DNA from: an uncultured Gemmatimonadales bacterium
GTDB lineage: Bacteria; Gemmatimonadota; Gemmatimonadetes; Gemmatimonadales; GWC2-71-9
DNA length: 64,000 bases
Assembly (NCBI GenBank): GCA_963828735.1
Contig: CAWHFW010000005.1
Span: 1,248,001 to 1,312,000 of the forward strand
Reading direction: 5' to 3'
Part shown: one piece after another, positions 59,507 through 64,000 of the stretch
How positions within the stretch are numbered: position 1 is the stretch's first letter
How the letters are laid out: each line of letters opens with the position of its first letter
Translations under genes and position numbers: made by a program
The notes under the pieces: model-generated
What the model saw: only the letters and a program-made list of their open reading frames with translations
Told to the model about the DNA's origin: nothing
Database searches by the model: none

Positions 59507-60789
59507 AGATGGTCACCGCGCACGTGGGCAGCAGTGCCCTCGTGCGCCTGGCCGGGCGGCTGGACGGCGAATGGTCCCGCCATCTGGCCGACACGCTGGA
59601 CGAGCTCCTCCGCGACGGGTTACGCTCGGTGGTGCTCGAGATGTCCCAGGTGGACTACGTGAGCTCGCCGGGCATCTCGGTGCTGGGGCAGCGATACCGC
59701 GACTTCAGCGCCCTCCGGGGTGAGCTTCGAGTCTCCTCTCCATCACCGGCGGTGCTGCGGGCCCTGACGGCCGCCGGACTCCTCGAACATCTGCTGCTCC
59801 TGCCCGGCGACGCGAGCGTGGCCGGCGGTCCCGGCCGCCCGTCGGCGGCGTTCGTCCGCTCTGGCGACTTCACCGGCGACGCGTGGCAGGTGCCCGCCGT
59901 GGTTGGGCCTGCCGGCCACTATGAGACCTCGCGGCGCCACGAGGCGGGCGTGCTCTCGTGCCGCGTCGTCGGCCGCGCCGACGGCTTCGCGCGAGGGTAC
60001 GACGCCGCGGCCTGCCGCACGGTGCACTTCCCGTCCTCGGTGTTCGGGCTCGGCGTCGGCGCCATCGGCGAGGGGTACGAAGAGACGCGCGACCGCTTCG
60101 GGGAGCTCATCGCGCTCGGTGGCACCGCCGCGTATCTCCCGACCGATGGCGCGCTCACCCCCGACTGGGTGAGCGCCCGTCCGGACGCTCCTCCCACCGT
60201 GGTGCTCGGTGCGGGGCTCGTGTGCGAGGGCGCCTTCTCGAACCTCATCCGATTTCGCACCCAGCCCGGCTCGAACACGGTCTCGCTGGCGGAGCTCGCG
60301 AACGTGGCGCTGGCCACCTCGGGCGGCGACATGGCCGGCATCGTCGCCGCGGCGGAGGCGGCGGAGCTGACGACGGCCGTGCTGCGGCGCTCGCCGGCGA
60401 CCTTGCGCGAGCCGCTCGGATTCGAGGCCGACGAGTTGCGCGAGTGGCTGACCTTCTCGCCGGAGCGCACGACAACGCCCAGGACCGTGCTCATCGCCGG
60501 CGTCGTGGCGCGACGACCGCTCGAGCCGCTGGCCGGTTTCCTCCGGCCGCTCGGGCCGTCGGCCACGCTGGTGGGGCACTTCCACGCCGTGGCCTTCCCC
60601 TATCGGCCGGTGCCGCAGCGGACGGTCTCCCTCAAGGCGCTGGTGGAGAAGCTGCTCGAAGCGCAGTCGCCACGGGAGGTCGGGCACCTCGTGTTCGACG
60701 ACCGTGGGTCCGAGGGCGCCGGCGACAACGCCTTGCTCCGCGGCCTCTGCTGGACGGGGCCGATCACGAGCGTGGCGGCCTGGACGTGA
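59503..60789 (+). CDS. STAS (anti-anti-sigma-like) domain fused to a ~300-aa unknown domain
   Basis: LAGRLD...LEMSQVDYVSSPGISVL...L..AGL; overlaps both neighbours by GTGA. Confidence 0.8.
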   Translation: MKMVTAHVGSSALVRLAGRLDGEWSRHLADTLDELLRDGLRSVVLEMSQVDYVSSPGISVLGQRYRDFSALRGELRVSSPSPAVLRALTAAGLLEHLLLLPGDASVAGGPGRPSAAFVRSGDFTGDAWQVPAVVGPAGHYETSRRHEAGVLSCRVVGRADGFARGYDAAACRTVHFPSSVFGLGVGAIGEGYEETRDRFGELIALGGTAAYLPTDGALTPDWVSARPDAPPTVVLGAGLVCEGAFSNLIRFRTQPGSNTVSLAELANVALATSGGDMAGIVAAAEAAELTTAVLRRSPATLREPLGFEADELREWLTFSPERTTTPRTVLIAGVVARRPLEPLAGFLRPLGPSATLVGHFHAVAFPYRPVPQRTVSLKALVEKLLEAQSPREVGHLVFDDRGSEGAGDNALLRGLCWTGPITSVAAWT

Positions 60790-61730
60790 ACCTGCTCGTC
60801 GGCGCGATCACGATCGGCCTGATCCTCTCGCTCCTCGCGCTGGGCGTCTTCCTGACCTATCGTGTCTTCGGCCTGCTCGACGTCACCACCGATGGCGCCT
60901 TCGGCGTGGGCGCCGCCACGGCGGCGGCGCTCCTCTCCAATGGATGGCCCCCGGCGGCGGCGACCGCGGTCGGCGCGTGGGCGGGCGCCGTGGCCGGGCT
61001 CGTCACCGGGGTGCTGCACACCCGGTTCGGGATCAACGCGTTGCTCGCCGGCATCCTGACGACGACGGCGCTCTACAGCGGCAACCTGTACATCATGGGT
61101 GGAGGCGACCGGTCGCTCGCCGGAGTGCCGACGCTCATCACGCGGGCCGAGCAGGTGTTCGACCGGCTCGCCCCCGGCACCGAGACGCTGAGCCTGTTCG
61201 GGACGCCCGTGGTGGCCCGGACGATCGCCGCGCTGCTGCTCATGCTCGTGTTGGTGCCGATCGTGGGGTGGCTGCTGGCGCTGTTCTTCCGGACCAGCCT
61301 CGGCCTCGCGCTCCGAGCCACGGGCGACAACCCGCAGATGGCCCGGGCCCTCGGCGTGTCGGTGAGTGGCGCCGTCGTCGTCGGGTTGGTCATGGCGAAC
61401 GGCCTCATCGGACTCTCGGGCGCCCTGTTCGCCGAGTACCAGGGCTTCGCGAACATCCAGATGGGCCTCGGCATGATCGTCACCGGACTCGCGAGCGTCA
61501 TCGTGGGTGAGACGTTGTTCGGGCGTCGCGGGATCGCCCCGCGACTCGTGGCGGTCATCATCGGGACGGTGCTTCTCCGGCTGATCATCGCGGGCGCGGT
61601 CCGAGCCGGCCTCGATCCCAACGCGCTCAAGCTGCTGACGGCGGTTTTTGTCTTTCTGGCGCTCGTGCTGCCCGACGCGCTTCGCCGTCGGCTCCGGCGC
61701 GCCTCGCCTGTCGAGGTCGCGCATGGCTGA
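60786..61730 (+). CDS. ABC transporter permease (COG4120-like)
   Basis: DVTTDGAF, LLAGIL, GLALRATGDNPQMA, QGFANIQMGLG...GLASVIVGE. Confidence 0.9.
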   Translation: MNLLVGAITIGLILSLLALGVFLTYRVFGLLDVTTDGAFGVGAATAAALLSNGWPPAAATAVGAWAGAVAGLVTGVLHTRFGINALLAGILTTTALYSGNLYIMGGGDRSLAGVPTLITRAEQVFDRLAPGTETLSLFGTPVVARTIAALLLMLVLVPIVGWLLALFFRTSLGLALRATGDNPQMARALGVSVSGAVVVGLVMANGLIGLSGALFAEYQGFANIQMGLGMIVTGLASVIVGETLFGRRGIAPRLVAVIIGTVLLRLIIAGAVRAGLDPNALKLLTAVFVFLALVLPDALRRRLRRASPVEVAHG

Positions 61731-62547
61731 TGTCATGCTCGAGGTCCGCGGGCTGCGCCACACCTTTCATCCGGGCACGCCCGCCGAGATGCGTGCCCTC
61801 CAGGGCATCGACCTCGTGCTGCCGCGCGGGGCCTTCGCTATCGTGCTCGGCACGAACGGCTCAGGGAAATCCACGTTGCTCAACGCGGTCGCCGGATCGT
61901 TCGTGCCCAATCACGGCTCAATCCTGCTCGGCGGCCAGGACGTCACCCGGTGGGCGGAGCACCGGCGGGCGGCCCTCGTCGGCCGGGTCTTCCAGAACCC
62001 GTTCAGCGGGACGGCGCCCGGCATGACGGTCGCCGAGAACCTCGCGCTTGCCGCGCATCGAAGCCACCAGGGCGGGCTGGGCCGGGCGCTGAGCCGGCAG
62101 CGCCGGCGCGAGATCGCCGAGGAGGTGGAGCGGCTCGGCCTCGGACTCGAGCGCCGGCTGGACGCGCCGATCGGCTTGCTCTCGGGCGGCCAGCGTCAGG
62201 CGCTGACGCTCCTGATGGCAACGTTCGAGCGCCCGCAGCTCCTGCTGCTGGATGAACACACTGCGGCGCTGGATCCCAGGAGCGCGGAGCAGGTGGTCCG
62301 CCTGACTCAGGACATCGTGAGCCGGCTCCGTCTCACCACGCTGATGGTGACGCATTCGTTGCCGCAGGCGGTGCGCCTCGGGGATCGCGTGCTCATGATG
62401 CACCGCGGAAAGGTGGTGCACGACTGGACCGAGATCCGGAAGCGCCGGCTGCGGGTGGAGGATCTGCTCGCGACGTTCGACGAGGTAAGGGGCGCCGAGC
62501 TGTTGGACGCGAGTGCCGCGGCGATGCTCCAGCGGACCTACGTCTAG
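61723..62547 (+). CDS. ABC transporter ATP-binding protein (COG1101-like)
   Basis: GTNGSGKST, RVFQNP..GTAP, LSGGQRQ, LLLDEHTAALDP, VTH. Confidence 0.92.
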   Translation: MADVMLEVRGLRHTFHPGTPAEMRALQGIDLVLPRGAFAIVLGTNGSGKSTLLNAVAGSFVPNHGSILLGGQDVTRWAEHRRAALVGRVFQNPFSGTAPGMTVAENLALAAHRSHQGGLGRALSRQRRREIAEEVERLGLGLERRLDAPIGLLSGGQRQALTLLMATFERPQLLLLDEHTAALDPRSAEQVVRLTQDIVSRLRLTTLMVTHSLPQAVRLGDRVLMMHRGKVVHDWTEIRKRRLRVEDLLATFDEVRGAELLDASAAAMLQRTYV

Positions 62548-62565
62548 CGCGGGGCGACGGCGCAC

Positions 62566-62633
62566 GTCACCCGGAACAACGCGAAGGGGGCATGCCCGAA
62601 ACGCATGCCCCCTTTGGCGTCGCTCAGGGTGAT
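62566..62633. repeat. REP-like palindrome between convergent genes (probable bidirectional terminator)
   Basis: Perfect 12-bp inner stem AAGGGGGCATGC/GCATGCCCCCTT with imperfect outer arms GTCACCC.../...GGGTGAT. Confidence 0.7.
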
Positions 62634-62641
62634 CGATCGAC

Positions 62642-64000
62642 TCAGAACCTGGCGATCTCGAGCATGGCTTCCTCCAGATCGTCCACCTGGGGCAGGATCA
62701 CGTCCTCGAGCTCGGGCGCGTAGGCCACGAACGTGTCGGTGGAGGCGACGCGGCGGACCGGCGCGTCGAGATAGGCGAACATCTCGTCGGCGATCCGCGC
62801 GGCGATCTCCGCGCCGTACCCCCACGACAGCGAATCCTCATAGGCCACGATCACCCGATTGGTCTTCCGCACCGACTCGCCGATGGCGTCCCAGTCCACC
62901 GGCGAGAGCGAGCGCAGGTCGATGACCTCGACGCTCACCCCGTGAAGCTCTTCAGCGCGCTTGGCCGCCCAGAGCGAGCGCTGGACCAGCGCGCCGTAGG
63001 TCACGACCGTCAGATCGGTTCCCGGCCGCACCACTTTGGCCTTGCCCAGCGGGATCATGAAATTGGGGCCGGGGTTCGGCGCCTTGTTGTAGGTCTGCCG
63101 GTAGAGGTGCTTGTGCTCCAGGAAGAGCACCGGGTCGTCGGCGCGGATGGCGGTGCGCAGCAGCCCGTTGGCGTCGAGCGCCGTGGCCGGGCAGACGACG
63201 CGCAGACCCGGCACGCCGGTGAAGACCGCGGCACCGGTCTGCGAGTGATACACCGACCCGCCCTTCAGGTAGCCGCCGTAGGTGACGCGGACGACGACCG
63301 GCGCGGAGAAGGCGTTGTTCGACCGCCAGCGCATCAACGCGAGTTCGTTCCGGAGCTGCATATACGCCGGCCAGATGTAGTCGAAGAACTGGATCTCGAC
63401 CACCGGCTTGAGCCCGCGCGTGGCGAGCCCCACCGCTCGGCCGATGATGTTGGCCTCGGCGAGGGGCGAGTTGTAGACACGATCGCCCCCGAAGGTGCGC
63501 TGCAGTCCCCACGTCACCTTGAAGACGCCGCCCTTGCCCTTCACGTCGGGAAGGTTGTCCTCGCGACTGCAATCGGCCACGTCCTCGCCGAAGAGGACGA
63601 TCCGCGGATCCCTCGCCATCTCGTCGCGAAGACAGATGTTGAGGAGGTCCACCATCGTCGTGGGGTCACCGGTGAAGCGCGGATCGTCCTCGGTATCGAA
63701 CTGCTCGGACGTCGGATCCACGTCCGGCGAGTAGACGTAGCGATAGATGGTGTCCGTGGCCGGCTGCGGCGACACAAGCGCGGCGTCCGCGGCCGCCTGC
63801 ACCTCTTCGGCAATCTCCCGGGCGATCTGATCGAGCTCCGCCTGGGTCGCCATGCCCTGCTCCAACAGATGTTTCGGAAACCGGTTCAGCGGATCCCGCT
63901 CCGCGTCCGCCTGACGCTCGGCGGGGGGCCGGTACTGGACTTCGTCGTCGGAGAGCGAGTGGCTATAGGGGCGGATCACCTTCGCGTGAACCAGGGCCGG
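62642..64000 (-). CDS. Fused 2-oxoacid dehydrogenase E1 alpha/beta subunit, 5'-truncated at window edge
   Basis: Alpha C-terminus ([12 protein letters not shown]) continues in frame into the beta subunit (FGEDV, GGVF, SPLAE, EIQFFDY, HSQ, FLEHK, VIDLRSL). Confidence 0.93.
   Translation of the reverse strand, partial: PALVHAKVIRPYSHSLSDDEVQYRPPAERQADAERDPLNRFPKHLLEQGMATQAELDQIAREIAEEVQAAADAALVSPQPATDTIYRYVYSPDVDPTSEQFDTEDDPRFTGDPTTMVDLLNICLRDEMARDPRIVLFGEDVADCSREDNLPDVKGKGGVFKVTWGLQRTFGGDRVYNSPLAEANIIGRAVGLATRGLKPVVEIQFFDYIWPAYMQLRNELALMRWRSNNAFSAPVVVRVTYGGYLKGGSVYHSQTGAAVFTGVPGLRVVCPATALDANGLLRTAIRADDPVLFLEHKHLYRQTYNKAPNPGPNFMIPLGKAKVVRPGTDLTVVTYGALVQRSLWAAKRAEELHGVSVEVIDLRSLSPVDWDAIGESVRKTNRVIVAYEDSLSWGYGAEIAARIADEMFAYLDAPVRRVASTDTFVAYAPELEDVILPQVDDLEEAMLEIARF

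Overview
This is a high-GC, gene-dense bacterial chromosomal segment. Gene content and style suggest Gemmatimonadota, but that is my inference only. I found no rRNA, tRNA, CRISPR array, transposase or prophage. In order, the window holds: the 3' part of metH, a YitJ-type Hcy-methyltransferase/MTHFR and an acyl-CoA dehydrogenase; dacB; an ECF sigma/anti-sigma pair; two small membrane proteins; and an S8 lipoprotein protease. Next is a peptide-uptake and protein-turnover run (OPT, BtuF-like protein, GNAT, M42, M28-PDZ, MsrC-like GAF, HDAC, alpha/beta hydrolase), then a hypothetical-polX-nth operon whose PolX has lost its polymerase catalytic aspartates. A ~24.5 kb surface-glycan locus (22.9-47.5 kb) follows. 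It has Wzm/Wzt, many GT2/GT4 enzymes, three GT-C-like membrane proteins, a methyltransferase-like/kinase fusion and a UbiA/DprE1/DprE2-like polyprenyl-phospho-arabinose module. The window ends with an M28 peptidase, a TrmB regulator, an Hpt-pseudoREC-GGDEF protein, lon with a sigma54-type promoter, a Ser/Thr kinase-2TM-coiled-coil protein, a COG2984-type ABC operon interrupted by a STAS-fusion gene, and the 3' part of a fused 2-oxoacid dehydrogenase E1. The best candidates for undescribed biology are the arabinofuranosyl/GT-C glycan system with its WbdD-like capping protein, the STAS-fusion ABC operon, and the dead-polymerase PolX repair operon. All calls come from reading motifs; no database searches were run.
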